Below are positions 10,597-20,990 of a DNA stretch of 64,000 bases, piece after piece. Location: positions 1-64,000 of the IMG/VR virus record IMGVR_UViG_3300028888_000047; one strand, written 5' to 3'. The notes beneath the pieces were generated by a model. It had not been told where the DNA came from, did not search any database, and worked only from the letters and a program-made list of their open reading frames with translations. Origin of the DNA: a virus (taxonomy: Duplodnaviria > Caudoviricetes). Numbering within the stretch: the first letter of the stretch is position 1; every line of letters starts with the position of its first letter. The position numbers and the translations under genes are program-made.

Positions 10597-10779
10597 TTAT
10601 TCAGCACTAGGTCTGTTATTAATATCAATCATTTCAGCCCTTGCCATTCTTTCGCTATATCTGCCATCTTTAGCGCCTTCCTCATATCCTAATCTATAAG
10701 CTCGATGTATAGCATCATATACCTTTGAAAAATTCTTCCACTTTTCAAGAAGTTCTAAATATTCTTTATGTTCATCCAT
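10597..10779 (-). CDS. Hypothetical protein
   Basis: ORF in tight operon. Confidence 0.6.
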   Translation of the reverse strand: MDEHKEYLELLEKWKNFSKVYDAIHRAYRLGYEEGAKDGRYSERMARAEMIDINNRPSAE

Positions 10780-10786
10780 TTTTCTT

Positions 10787-11074
10787 TTATTTCTTAATTT
10801 CTTCCAATATTTCTTCAGTTAATTTAATCATATTATCTAGCGTTTTCAAATGCTCATGTAATTCAAGACACTTAGGCTGAGTACAATCTTCCCTTTTCTT
10901 TGGACCATTTTCAGCCCACCACTTTTTAAAATAACGTGGGTGCTTGTCACAATGATGAGGAACTTCACCATATACAGGCACTGAAATCATACCGCCACAT
11001 TCCAATTTTCTACCTGCAACCTTTGTTTCCTGTGGCTTGTAGTTAATACAATCTAAACACGTATATTTACACAT
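10787..11074 (-). CDS. Cys-rich hypothetical protein
   Basis: CxxC motif; operonic. Confidence 0.6.
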   Translation of the reverse strand: MCKYTCLDCINYKPQETKVAGRKLECGGMISVPVYGEVPHHCDKHPRYFKKWWAENGPKKREDCTQPKCLELHEHLKTLDNMIKLTEEILEEIKK

Positions 11075-11076
11075 AT

Positions 11077-11298
11077 CTAATATGTAATTAAGTTTTCAAC
11101 GTATAGTTCTCTAGTAGCCAACTTTTTAATTGATTGAAAATCATCAGTGTCTACTATGTAACCAGTATCAGGAGCACTACACCCAAAAAAATGCTGTTTA
11201 TAATCAGGGTCTCTTCTATAAGTTATTCCAAGTTTTTTACATATAATATTAAAACTTATAGAACTATCAAATGTACTTTTAAATTCTACTTTAATCAT
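11077..11298 (-). CDS. Hypothetical protein
   Basis: Operonic ORF. Confidence 0.6.
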   Translation of the reverse strand: MIKVEFKSTFDSSISFNIICKKLGITYRRDPDYKQHFFGCSAPDTGYIVDTDDFQSIKKLATRELYVENLITY

Positions 11299-11322
11299 AC
11301 AATAATTTCTTTATATCCGTGT

Positions 11323-11730
11323 TTAATACTTTTTTAAACCGTTATTTTTCAACGCATCTTCATATGCGGCCTTTTCTTTTTCTGTTGATGGTCTGAATTC
11401 GCAGCAATCATCAATATTAATGACCTCTTTAAAGCAAAACAATACTGTTATATATTTATTACGCATCGAAGTCCTTACAGTATGCCCATTTGCCACAAAA
11501 CCACCATTTTTTGTAATATTATAAAACTCAAAAATATTTTTTACATAATGATTGCCTATTTTTTCAATGCATGTGACTAAATCCCCTCTTTTTAAACACA
11601 TTCCAAGCACAACAAAGTTTTCTCCTTTATGCCTTATTCGAGATTGCATAATTTTTAACTTTTTTGTTTCTAACTTTTCCAACTCTTTTTTTGCTTTAGA
11701 AATTTTTCCGTTTACTTCTTTTAAATCCAT
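11323..11730 (-). CDS. Hypothetical protein (start moved to MDLKE)
   Basis: TATCTTTG promoter box lies inside the longer ORF's 5' extension. Confidence 0.65.
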   Translation of the reverse strand: MDLKEVNGKISKAKKELEKLETKKLKIMQSRIRHKGENFVVLGMCLKRGDLVTCIEKIGNHYVKNIFEFYNITKNGGFVANGHTVRTSMRNKYITVLFCFKEVINIDDCCEFRPSTEKEKAAYEDALKNNGLKKY

Positions 11731-11800
11731 ATTTAAACTTATTTTCAGCCAAAGATAATAAAAAAACACGGAAAAAACAAATTTTCCGTGTTAAACTTTG

Positions 11801-12625
11801 TTAAAAGAACTCATCTAACCCATTTTCCTCACAAAACCCTTCCAAATCAGCATATGATTTAATGCAAACGTCCTTAATTTCAAAGCCATGTTCACCTTGG
11901 ACTATTAATGTTCCTCCCTTTTCAAAATTGGATAAATCATTCCAATTTATCTTGAATTTTTCCATTAACATATCTTGAACCTCAGAAGTGTTCTTATTTT
12001 GTAACTCCTTGTGGGAAAAATGAGCCTGTCCTAAAGAATTAATACTATTCCTGTTGCAATCCTTAATTCTCCATAATACACAATTCAATACTTCTTCCAT
12101 AGGTATATTAAAACACCTAGCATCAAACTCTGCTCCATTTTTTAATCCTCTTTCATAAGCATTAACAACCTTCTTAACATCATCAATAAGATATTCATAC
12201 TTCTTCTTATTTGGAAGGAAATCATCATAATATCTTTTAATTAATCCGGCTGCTTTCTCAGCAAATATCTTATTAAACAACTTGGTTGCCTTAGATGCAG
12301 CAACAGAACATAACTTCTGAACGCCATAATCATACCAAGCCTGACTATCCAATTCCTTGTAGTCAACCAATACAAGAGTTATCTCATCAGACTGCGTATA
12401 TCCCAATACAACTCCCTGTATCTCCCTACATAAACCCAATGTAACCTCTTGCATTGTTTCCATCAATCTCTTATCAAATGGCTTCACAAAACCACGTGTA
12501 AAAGTGTGAAATGCAACTCCATCCAATCTAATAATAACAGGAGTTCTCCTTGTTAAATAAGTCTTAGAACGATTTTCATAATTAAATTTCATTCTATCGC
12601 CCAAAATATCTTTTCTATTAGCCAT
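11801..12625 (-). CDS. tRNA(His) guanylyltransferase Thg1-like 3'-5' polymerase
   Basis: RLDGVAFHTFT, KPFD, YTQSDEI and FDAR motifs. Confidence 0.92.
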   Translation of the reverse strand: MANRKDILGDRMKFNYENRSKTYLTRRTPVIIRLDGVAFHTFTRGFVKPFDKRLMETMQEVTLGLCREIQGVVLGYTQSDEITLVLVDYKELDSQAWYDYGVQKLCSVAASKATKLFNKIFAEKAAGLIKRYYDDFLPNKKKYEYLIDDVKKVVNAYERGLKNGAEFDARCFNIPMEEVLNCVLWRIKDCNRNSINSLGQAHFSHKELQNKNTSEVQDMLMEKFKINWNDLSNFEKGGTLIVQGEHGFEIKDVCIKSYADLEGFCEENGLDEFF

Positions 12626-12700
12626 AATATATTTCTAAAAAATAAAAAAACGTGCGACCCATCACGAGCCACACGTGTAATCTTTTTTGTTAGCTCAAAA

Positions 12701-13189
12701 TTAATCGAACCAACGGCTCTCGCCACATAAATTGATACCTGCGACAGGACCATCAATTATCCTACGGCGAATAGCATTCACCTTGTGAAGAGGAGCGGTG
12801 TTGCTCTTGTTCTGCCAATCGACAGCCTCAGCAGCGTCAACCAAACGGTCGAACTTTGCATGAGCACGCTCAAAAGCCCACTGACTATTGAAATCGCTTC
12901 TCACGGGTTCATCCACGCGAATATTGATTCCAAACCTCTTATTTCTGTCCTCACGAGGTTCGCACTCGCATACACCCCAACGAGGTGCGGGAGCTGGAGG
13001 AGGACATACGGGACGTGCTACACGTGGAGCAAAACGTCCAAACTCGTCACGAAGTGGCTGGCCACAACCACAAGGCTTTACTCGACTTGTCGGCTTCTTA
13101 CCAACGCAAACGTCATCGCCATTTGCCATTGCTGCCAACATTCCTGCAACTGCAAGCAGTGCTTTAGGGTCTACAAAACATTTTCCCAT
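12701..13189 (-). CDS. Hypothetical protein with RDEFGRF motif
   Basis: Own promoter (~13270) and terminator (12644-12676); higher-GC codons. Confidence 0.7.
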   Translation of the reverse strand: MGKCFVDPKALLAVAGMLAAMANGDDVCVGKKPTSRVKPCGCGQPLRDEFGRFAPRVARPVCPPPAPAPRWGVCECEPREDRNKRFGINIRVDEPVRSDFNSQWAFERAHAKFDRLVDAAEAVDWQNKSNTAPLHKVNAIRRRIIDGPVAGINLCGESRWFD

Positions 13190-13382
13190 AATTCAGAATT
13201 CTTTTTTTGGTTAGTAAATAAAATTATTTTTTCTCGTTATAACGTCGCTCTTTCGATTTCGTTACGATGCAAATATACATAAAAAAATCGAAGAAACAAA
13301 ATTTTCTCCGACTTTTTTCTATTTTTAACTAAAATTTAACATTTTTATCCCATATATACACGCATACGTGCGTACATTTATA

Positions 13383-13910
13383 TTATCTTCTGCCGCCAAA
13401 ACCCCTTCCACCACTGCTATGATGTTGACCACTTCCAATATTACTTGAAGGGCGGCCGCCACCAAACGATGAATTATGTGGCCTATGATTAACTCCACCA
13501 CTTGGTCTTGAACCAACATTTGGCCTATGTGTATTGCCATTTGGTCTTACATTACCGTGATGAACAGGCGGTCTATTGGGCCTTACATTGTTTGGGTGAT
13601 GATGAACCGGAGGTCTATGACGATAAAAATCTCTATTAACCGGCCTATAATGTCTTATTGGCCTATTATAGCCCCTGAAATACCACCTGTTTCCAACATA
13701 ATAAGGATAATAATATAAATCCCTATATATGTAATATGTTAGCAAACCCTCAGCATCATAAATGGGAGTGCCATAAGAAATTATAACATCAAAATCAATA
13801 CCATTTGATGCATATACACCATCAGACTGAGCCTCAACAGCAGTTGCGCAAGAACCCATTGAAAATAAAATTCCAATACCAAAAATAATACTTAAAATGA
13901 ACTTTTTCAT
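13383..13910 (-). CDS. Putative lipoprotein with Pro/His/Gly-rich tail
   Basis: Signal peptide MKKFILSIIFGIGILFSMGS-C with lipobox. Confidence 0.7.
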   Translation of the reverse strand: MKKFILSIIFGIGILFSMGSCATAVEAQSDGVYASNGIDFDVIISYGTPIYDAEGLLTYYIYRDLYYYPYYVGNRWYFRGYNRPIRHYRPVNRDFYRHRPPVHHHPNNVRPNRPPVHHGNVRPNGNTHRPNVGSRPSGGVNHRPHNSSFGGGRPSSNIGSGQHHSSGGRGFGGRR

Positions 13911-14192
13911 AATTAATATATATTTAAAATAATTAATAATATTATATATTATAATACAGTTATTATATACTGTAATATATTTTTTTCTTTTGCTTCTTTT
14001 CTTTTTGTATCAATAACTATCGCAAATATACACGAAAAAATCCATAAAACCAAATCCAACTACCACATTTAGGGAAATTCTGAATAAAAATAGGAAAAAC
14101 TATATCGGCTGTAGGTAAATCCCATAATTTCTTTATGAGCAATAAAGTAAGTACATAAAGAAAGGCAACCATTACTGATTGCCTTATACCAT

Positions 14193-14573
14193 TTATCTTG
14201 GAATGTCATTATTTGGACTGTTCTTCTTGTATAGAGGACGTGAATCCGCTGCTTTCATCCAACGTCTATCTGCTGCTGCTTGTTTATTACGCTCTCGTCT
14301 ATTAAACTCGACATTATCTCTATACATTTGGTCACTGTCTCTATATGGTGCGGCATAATAGTCACCGATATTTTTAGAATATGGAGCAATATCATCATAT
14401 TCAGGATTTGGCATATTAGCAGAATCATTCGCAAATCCATTAGCTGCAAATCTATAATCTTTAGCAAAGCCATTACTATTAATAGGATAGTATTCTTCCA
14501 TTATCCTATTCACAGACTCCTTCACAATTCTATGAAGGTCTGACTCAGTTAATCTAACTAATCTCTTTTTTAT
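14193..14573 (-). CDS. LTESDL-motif protein with ATA at the expected start position
   Basis: In-frame IKKRLVRLTESDLHRIVKESV upstream of the annotated GTG; no in-frame ATG before the upstream stop. Confidence 0.65.
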   Translation of the reverse strand: MKKRLVRLTESDLHRIVKESVNRIMEEYYPINSNGFAKDYRFAANGFANDSANMPNPEYDDIAPYSKNIGDYYAAPYRDSDQMYRDNVEFNRRERNKQAAADRRWMKAADSRPLYKKNSPNNDIPR

Positions 14574-14617
14574 ATTTATTATATATGCTTATTTATATCT
14601 TATTTTTTTAATAAATA

Positions 14618-14962
14618 TCATGGGTCTTCCATTTCTTCCTCAGTTTCACCCTCTTCATTGAATTTTCCTTCCATACAACTACGCCCAACCTCATAACGCT
14701 TAAACCTTGAATACTCCCTGTCACCAAATATCTTAGGAACACCAGATGCTGCAACACAACTTCCAATACATATCATAAATATACCAGCATCCTCAAGGTC
14801 AGTGTCTATAACACCATCCTTGAAACCATCATAACCAATAACACTACATATAACCAAACCCGCAATAAAAGATAATACAGTAGAAGATACTAAAGCAAAA
14901 CTCTTGCTCGAATTACCCGTATCATTCTTAATCAATGAACCCAAATATTTAATAACTCCCAT
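14618..14962 (-). CDS. Two-TM membrane protein, holin-like
   Basis: Two hydrophobic helices after SSKSF; charged C-terminus. Confidence 0.5.
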   Translation of the reverse strand: MGVIKYLGSLIKNDTGNSSKSFALVSSTVLSFIAGLVICSVIGYDGFKDGVIDTDLEDAGIFMICIGSCVAASGVPKIFGDREYSRFKRYEVGRSCMEGKFNEEGETEEEMEDP

Positions 14963-15099
14963 AATCTAATTAATATTTTTTAACTTATTATAAATAAATA
15001 GATTGTTAACAAATATTAACATTAATCATAGTAAAACTTAAATAAACTTTTTGTATATTTGCACAAAATATATTAATAAACAAATAATATATACGTAAT

Positions 15100-15642
15100 A
15101 TGAAATTCAATAACTCAATAGCAAAACTAATTGTCAGATATACAAAAGAAACAGGACAATATAAAGATTTCAAAATATATTTAAGAAAATATATAACGAG
15201 ATTAAATATAAAAAAAGAAAAAGAATTATATACACAATTAGCATTCCGCTCACCAATATTTATGCTAACTAGAATAGGAATGCCATACGAAACAGAATAT
15301 AACTCAGATTCACAAATGTATGTATTCAAAAATAAAGAACAAGAAATAATAACACTGTTCGAAAACTTCCTAAAAAAACGTAAAATATACGGAAAATTTT
15401 TTAAAAATATTGACCCAAAATTCGTTAAAAAATACGATTCACGCACCAAATATATACAAGAATTTAATGAAAAAAATAAAAAAATATCAAAGAAAAAAAT
15501 ACTATATAACCATATAATACCAAATGCGTTCATTATGAACGCATTCTACTGGGAAAAAACACCAGAAAGAAGAAATTTCTGGACGAAAATAAACTATGAA
15601 TGGGAAAACATATTTATCAATTACATAAACTCAATTAAATGA
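15100..15642 (+). CDS. Hypothetical protein
   Basis: 180 aa with upstream TATATTTG promoter; AFxW..T...FW motif. Confidence 0.7.
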   Translation: MKFNNSIAKLIVRYTKETGQYKDFKIYLRKYITRLNIKKEKELYTQLAFRSPIFMLTRIGMPYETEYNSDSQMYVFKNKEQEIITLFENFLKKRKIYGKFFKNIDPKFVKKYDSRTKYIQEFNEKNKKISKKKILYNHIIPNAFIMNAFYWEKTPERRNFWTKINYEWENIFINYINSIK

Positions 15643-15911
15643 CAGAAAAAACATTCGAAAAAGGATATAAACTCCTAAAAAGATATTTTAAAGAAATTAA
15701 CCGCTATCCAGAATTCATAAGAATAACAACACAAAATAATCCATCATATAAAAAAATACTTAAAAGAAATTTTAATGTACATAGAAGAACATGGTACGAA
15801 TTCTTTACCTATACATGGTTCGTGGGAGATAACTATCAACTATATAACGACCATTGCCTAAATAAACTTAGAGAAGGATGGCATAAATTCTTACAAGAAC
15901 ATGAAATATAA
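15639..15911 (+). CDS. Hypothetical protein
   Basis: 4-bp overlap with previous ORF. Confidence 0.65.
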   Translation: MTEKTFEKGYKLLKRYFKEINRYPEFIRITTQNNPSYKKILKRNFNVHRRTWYEFFTYTWFVGDNYQLYNDHCLNKLREGWHKFLQEHEI

Positions 15912-16060
15912 AGACAAGTATATATTTTTTGACACCAAATAACCACTTATACATATAAAAGTCCAGCAAAAGCTGGACTTTTTTCGTATCTTTGCTGTAG
16001 TTTAGCGTAAACAGGTATATAGTTATCAAAAATAAAACAAATATATAAATAATAAAAATT

Positions 16061-16221
16061 TTTCCGGAAAATTTTTTTGTTTATACCGCGAAAAAAATAA
16101 TAACCCCTAAAAAAAAATTGAAAAATCCCGGACCGGATTATTTACAGAACTGTTGCCGCTTTAAATCACTAAAAAAGGGGGTAGGAAGGTAGGGTTATAT
16201 AGGGGTACTCCCCTATACCCC
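16061..16221. other. Left junction of the early module: CCGG motifs in A/T tracts, G-run and TATAGGGG-TACT-CCCCTATA hairpin
   Basis: Perfect 8-bp inverted repeat 16198-16217; strand composition changes here. Confidence 0.45.
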
Positions 16222-16572
16222 TTCATATTGCTTATTTTAAGCCTTATATGGCGCGTTTTATTATCTTTCCTTATATGTTTATCATTTAATATATAAAAAC
16301 GTCTTATAATGGCTGAAAATGACTAATTTTATTTTTAAAAATTAGTTTTCAATTTTAAGATTTATTAGCATTAATTTTTTGGCAATATGGATAATAATGA
16401 TTATCTTTGATGTGGGCTTACAGACTCAGCTGGTGAGGAGGCGTATGAATTACATCCAAATTTAATTTCAAATTTTAAGTTTTATTAAGATTAAAAATTT
16501 GGAGGTATCAGGATTAATTATTATCTTTCAGCACAATAATAAAATTAATGTTTAATTTAAATCGTATCAGTT

Positions 16573-17127
16573 ATGAATAAGATGAATTTTTTCGATGTTG
16601 AAAATGTTGTGAATAACTACGCTGCAAATGCTTCTCGCACGCGCTTTGGTCACAATTTTGTGTGCGTTGTATCTTTGAAGAAGGATAGAGTATATGCCGC
16701 AGGCGCACACCTTATTGGCCACGTTGCAAAACTGACGATGGTTCATAATGCAACCTTTCCAAAGTACGATTCAAAGGTTGCAGCCATCACGGGTATGCCT
16801 TGCACCCCAAGACCCTTGAATGGTATGACGTGGCTGATTTACCCTTACATCAAGCAAGCCAACAAGAGTCGCTATCGTTACCTTAACATCTACTATGCTA
16901 TGAGTGATGAAAGAATTGAAACAAAAACCAAATGGCTATGGGATGGTCATCCTGCCACACCACAACAAGTGACAGAGATTGAAAGGTATTTAAAGCCAAA
17001 GGATGCAAGCAGAGAAGTCACAGCAGCGATGTATCAGATAGACCCTGTGAATAGTTGGGATGGGTTCTACTACTTTGGAGAAAGCAAAGAAGAAGCAGTG
17101 AAGGTTTTCGAGGAACTGCAAGCATAA
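16573..17127 (+). CDS. Hypothetical early protein
   Basis: Own promoter and terminator; YLxxY motif similar to 24698..25369. Confidence 0.8.
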   Translation: MNKMNFFDVENVVNNYAANASRTRFGHNFVCVVSLKKDRVYAAGAHLIGHVAKLTMVHNATFPKYDSKVAAITGMPCTPRPLNGMTWLIYPYIKQANKSRYRYLNIYYAMSDERIETKTKWLWDGHPATPQQVTEIERYLKPKDASREVTAAMYQIDPVNSWDGFYYFGESKEEAVKVFEELQA

Positions 17128-17432
17128 AAGGGATGGGGCGAAAGCCCTATCTTTTTTATATATATGAGTACTTAATTAAGTACATATATAATAAGAGGCG
17201 GCTCAGTTGTAGTCGCCTTTTTTTATTGATTATCAACGGATGTGAAACCTTGGTATCCTGAGCTTTCCTACCTCAAAGATAATTATTTTAATTGATAGTG
17301 CCAAATTATTTTATTTAAAAAGTGTTAATAGAATTAATTTTTTTCTTTTTTGAAATTATACGTATAATTACACTATATTATTAAATATAATTTTGTATAT
17401 TTGCAAATAGAAACATTTAAAAGTTAATTATT

Positions 17433-17759
17433 ATGGTTGAAACAAAGCATTTTATTGAGGAACGCAAGAGTAGAGAGTATTTGATTGAAAACGTTATCAA
17501 GGACACTAATAATGTTATTTGTGTTAATGTTATTGATAGAGGACACCCAAATGGCGCAGAAAGATTCGAACTTACTGACAAGGCAATTATTAAAACTTAT
17601 AACAATATAACTGATAGGCATATAACTGATTTAATAGCAAGACCCGCTCAAATATATGATAGACTTGGGGATAGTTTCAGAGCGTTGCCAAAGGGTGTAA
17701 GAGATAGCATACTATCATTGGCGAGGAAGCATCAATCATTAGGTTATAACAATATGTAA
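17433..17759 (+). CDS. Hypothetical early protein
   Basis: Promoter ~17396 and terminator ~17770-17802. Confidence 0.8.
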   Translation: MVETKHFIEERKSREYLIENVIKDTNNVICVNVIDRGHPNGAERFELTDKAIIKTYNNITDRHITDLIARPAQIYDRLGDSFRALPKGVRDSILSLARKHQSLGYNNM

Positions 17760-18014
17760 AACAAAGAAGGAACGTGTCATCATTATTGGTGGTACGTTTT
17801 TTATTGTGTTAATAAAATGTTAAAGCTGCCAAAATATTTGGTTATTTCAGTTTTTATTGTTATCTTTGAAATGGGCAAACAGAAAGAGCTTATGAAGAGG
17901 CGTATGAATACAGTAAACATTCAAATGTTAATAGAATGTTAAAGTTGAAATAATATTTTGTTATTTAAGATATTATTATTATCTTTCGTCATATAAATAA
18001 ATAAGGTATATATT

Positions 18015-18611
18015 ATGAGTTTAAAGAGATTTACCCCTGAAAAGATTGAAAAGTTGGAGCAAAACGAGGTATTCGTATTTGGTTCAAATATACAAGGCGA
18101 ACACGTTGGTGGAGCAGCAACCTTTGCAAATAAAGTGCTTGGTGCTGAAATGGGTTGTGGAGTTGGCTTTTGTGACTTTGCTTGCAAGACCTATGCTATT
18201 CCTACTTGCATCAGAGTATGGGCTGGTACATTAAAGCCTTTTAGGGCAACGAGACCCTTTGAAAACGTTAATCAAATCAAGCCGTTTGTTGACGCTTTCA
18301 TTAGTGATGCGAAGCATTATGCTGACAAGACGTTTTATGTAACGAAGATTGGCTGTGGCATTGCAGGTTTCAAGGTAAGCGAGATTGCAGAGTTGTTCCG
18401 CCCTTGCTTGGATATGGATAACGTAATTCTTCCCGAAGAGTTCGTGAAGTGGTTACTATATCCTGTTGTGATTGCAAACGTCAGCGAAAGACATTGGGTT
18501 AGCGGCGAAGACTATGACGATGATACGTTGATGAAGTTTGTAATGGAGCGTATCGAGCGAAAGAGTGTTGATGATATTTTAGACGAGTTTTACAAAACAT
18601 ATCCATATTAA
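18015..18611 (+). CDS. A1S_2505-like / macro-domain-like phage non-structural protein
   Basis: EVFVFGSN.QGEH.GGAA, TYAIPT and FYVTKIGCGIAGF motifs. Confidence 0.75.
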   Translation: MSLKRFTPEKIEKLEQNEVFVFGSNIQGEHVGGAATFANKVLGAEMGCGVGFCDFACKTYAIPTCIRVWAGTLKPFRATRPFENVNQIKPFVDAFISDAKHYADKTFYVTKIGCGIAGFKVSEIAELFRPCLDMDNVILPEEFVKWLLYPVVIANVSERHWVSGEDYDDDTLMKFVMERIERKSVDDILDEFYKTYPY

Positions 18612-18613
18612 TT

Positions 18614-18808
18614 ATGTGTACGACAATAACATTAGAAGAAAAAAGCGTTGATATTGTTCTTGACGCTTTAAGAGCGTTGAAGAATGAAATGTTAGATAAT
18701 ATGAACTTTAGTGATGAATATCACAATGAGATTGAAAAAGTTGAAAATTTGTTTATAAAGGCAAAGGATTCGTTCAGTGCCGCAAAGGTGATGGCGATGG
18801 AGAAATAG
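18614..18808 (+). CDS. Hypothetical protein
   Basis: Operonic 64-aa ORF. Confidence 0.65.
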   Translation: MCTTITLEEKSVDIVLDALRALKNEMLDNMNFSDEYHNEIEKVENLFIKAKDSFSAAKVMAMEK

Positions 18809-18884
18809 GTTGATATATTGGTTAGACATTATATTTATTATTGGTTTTTAAAACGTGGTGGCTTGTGATAAGTCGCCACTTTTT
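18809..18884 (+). ncRNA. Candidate antisense-to-start-codon segment plus terminator hairpin
   Basis: Reverse complement reads AAAAACCAATAATAAATATA-ATGTCTAACC; followed by GTGATA-loop hairpin and T run. Confidence 0.45.
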
Positions 18885-19102
18885 CTTTTACCATACTTAT
18901 CAACGGATATGAAACCTTGGTATTCTGAGTTTTCCCACCTCAAAGATAATCATTTTCATCCAATCTTGCAAATTTTTTTAGTTAATAACGGTTAATAAAA
19001 TAATTTTTTTTCTTTAACATTTTTTATAATTAAAAATTCGTTTTTTAAAAAATAAATGATTATCTTTCAAGCGTTAAGTTAAGCAATTAAAGAATAAGAG
19101 TT

Positions 19103-19402
19103 ATGACACATTTTTATGAGTTGTATAAGAGAGTTCCAAGAGCAAGACGCAAAACGCTTGCTAAATTCATTCACGAATTGAAGTGCTTATGCGGTCGCAA
19201 GTATCACGCTTGCGTTGTTGAAATGCTCGAAGATTGTGATGAAGATTACGTCTTTATTGAAGCACAAAAAATAATGGGTGATGAATACACAAAGTTTGTT
19301 GATGATGTGACTGAATTGTGTGATTCATATTCTATTCCTCGCAATAATATTTGTGATATGGATTTTCAATTAGAAATTAGTTTATACACTGATATGTATT
19401 GA
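19103..19402 (+). CDS. Hypothetical early protein
   Basis: Promoter at 19061. Confidence 0.75.
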   Translation: MTHFYELYKRVPRARRKTLAKFIHELKCLCGRKYHACVVEMLEDCDEDYVFIEAQKIMGDEYTKFVDDVTELCDSYSIPRNNICDMDFQLEISLYTDMY

Positions 19403-19794
19403 TTATAAGGTTAGTTGGATTTTGTTCTGTTTCTGTCATCTGAAACGTGTGGCTTGAGAAAGTCGCACGTTTTTTATTTTATTAACATTTAAAATTTGGT
19501 GGTTTCAATTTTTATTGTTATCTTTGAAGTGGGCAGCCAGGAAGAGCACGTGAGGAGACGTATGAATACAGTAAACATTCAAATGTTAATTAATTGTTAA
19601 AGTTAAAATAAAATTTTGATATTTCAATTTTTATTATTATCTTTCAGTAGTTAAACAATTAAAAAAGAAAGAAATTATGTTTTTATCATTTATCATTATA
19701 GTAGTTATTGCGGCTTTAATTCACGAAGGAATAAAGAGCCACGGTGATATGAAGTCGTGGGTTGAAAATCTTAAAAATACTGAGGAATAAAATT

Positions 19795-20028
19795 ATGGCA
19801 GTTAAATATATGAATACTATCAAGTTTTCAAAGGAGTTAACGCCAAAAGCTTTTCAAGCAAAGGTTAAAGAAGTTTTGGAAGAAAAAGTGTGCGAAACTC
19901 AAGAAGAAGCCGAGGAATTGGTGGAATCTATGGAGTTTGAATTGGAGTTATATTACGAGAATGGAACTGGCTTGTTGATGTCTATAAGGATTGGAAGACA
20001 AATGACGAGAATGGAACTGGCTTGTTGA
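19795..20028 (+). CDS. Hypothetical protein whose C-terminus is altered by a tandem duplication
   Basis: Start MAVKY; 50-bp duplication near the 3' end. Confidence 0.65.
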   Translation: MAVKYMNTIKFSKELTPKAFQAKVKEVLEEKVCETQEEAEELVESMEFELELYYENGTGLLMSIRIGRQMTRMELAC

Positions 20029-20054
20029 TGTCTATAAGGATTGGAAGACAAATG
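19955..20054 (+). repeat. Perfect 50-bp tandem duplication
   Basis: ACGAGAATGGAAC...GACAAATG twice. Confidence 0.95.
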
Positions 20055-20399
20055 AATCGTAAATAGGTACTTAATTAAGTATAAATATGGATGCTTTAAG
20101 GAGTATAATAGGTATTTTGGAGACCCCAATTGCAAAACGTAAGGGTGTAACAATTTCGGCTGAAGATTGTGCCATTTGGGTTGAGGAACTAAAGAAAGTG
20201 TTAAAAAAATGTTAAAGTAAAGAAAATATTTGGTAGTTCAAAAATAAATTATTATCTTTCAAGTGCTTAAATAAACAAATGATAAACAAAATATGTTTGG
20301 AGATATTCGTGACAGTAGTTAAACAAGAAGGTTGTAACCACCTTTATCTACGGCTGTGATAGGGTAATCAGTATATCAAAAGAATATAATTAATAAGTT

Positions 20400-20669
20400 A
20401 TGTTAGATAGCAAGTTAAAGTTAGACGAAAAAAGGGTTCGCCCTTTATACGAAATAGCAAAAGAGATTCGTTCTGATTGGAAGAACATCTATTTTGGCGC
20501 GAAACATTATCTTGGGGCAATGCTGACGATGAAGTCGATTGACGAGAAATATATGTGTGACGATGGTCGTACAATTGTAAACTATTTCCTCGCAAACGCA
20601 AGCAGTTGGAGGGGTGAAGTTGCTCGAAGAGTTAAGAAAGAACTCAATCAAATGTTAAAGGAAAAGTAA
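20400..20669 (+). CDS. Conserved-looking small phage hypothetical protein
   Basis: RPLYEIA..I..DW...YFLANA..WRG..A...K.EL pattern. Confidence 0.75.
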   Translation: MLDSKLKLDEKRVRPLYEIAKEIRSDWKNIYFGAKHYLGAMLTMKSIDEKYMCDDGRTIVNYFLANASSWRGEVARRVKKELNQMLKEK

Positions 20670-20807
20670 CTCTGTTGTTCTCATAATTCATAATTCGATT
20701 TAAGTTAGACTTTGGTTAAGCGTGTTGCTTGTGATAAGTAGCACGCTTTTTTGTTAAACAAAGTTAAGGAATTTGGTTATTTGGATTTTGTTTTGTATAT
20801 TTGCAAT

Positions 20808-20990
20808 ATATCATTCATACTTGTATTTTTTAGTTAGCATAACTTGGGTGGGTTGGTTCGCGATGAATAGATTCACTATTTTTTAAAAGACAATACTATT
20901 AGTTTCATAAACCATAAATTTGTTTTAAATATTTAATTTTAGGAAATTTGAATAATGAAAGTGGTGGCTTGTGATAAGTCGCCGCTTTTT
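20808..20990 (+). ncRNA. Promoter-driven non-coding unit with two antisense-start/hairpin modules
   Basis: TATATTTG at 20796; no ORF; hairpins plus T tracts ending ~20884 and ~20990. Confidence 0.55.

Noticed and set aside
5493-13282. Plus-strand ORFs 5493, 6248, 8652, 12785, 12888, 12985
   Set aside because: Antisense to well-supported minus-strand genes; no promoters or motifs
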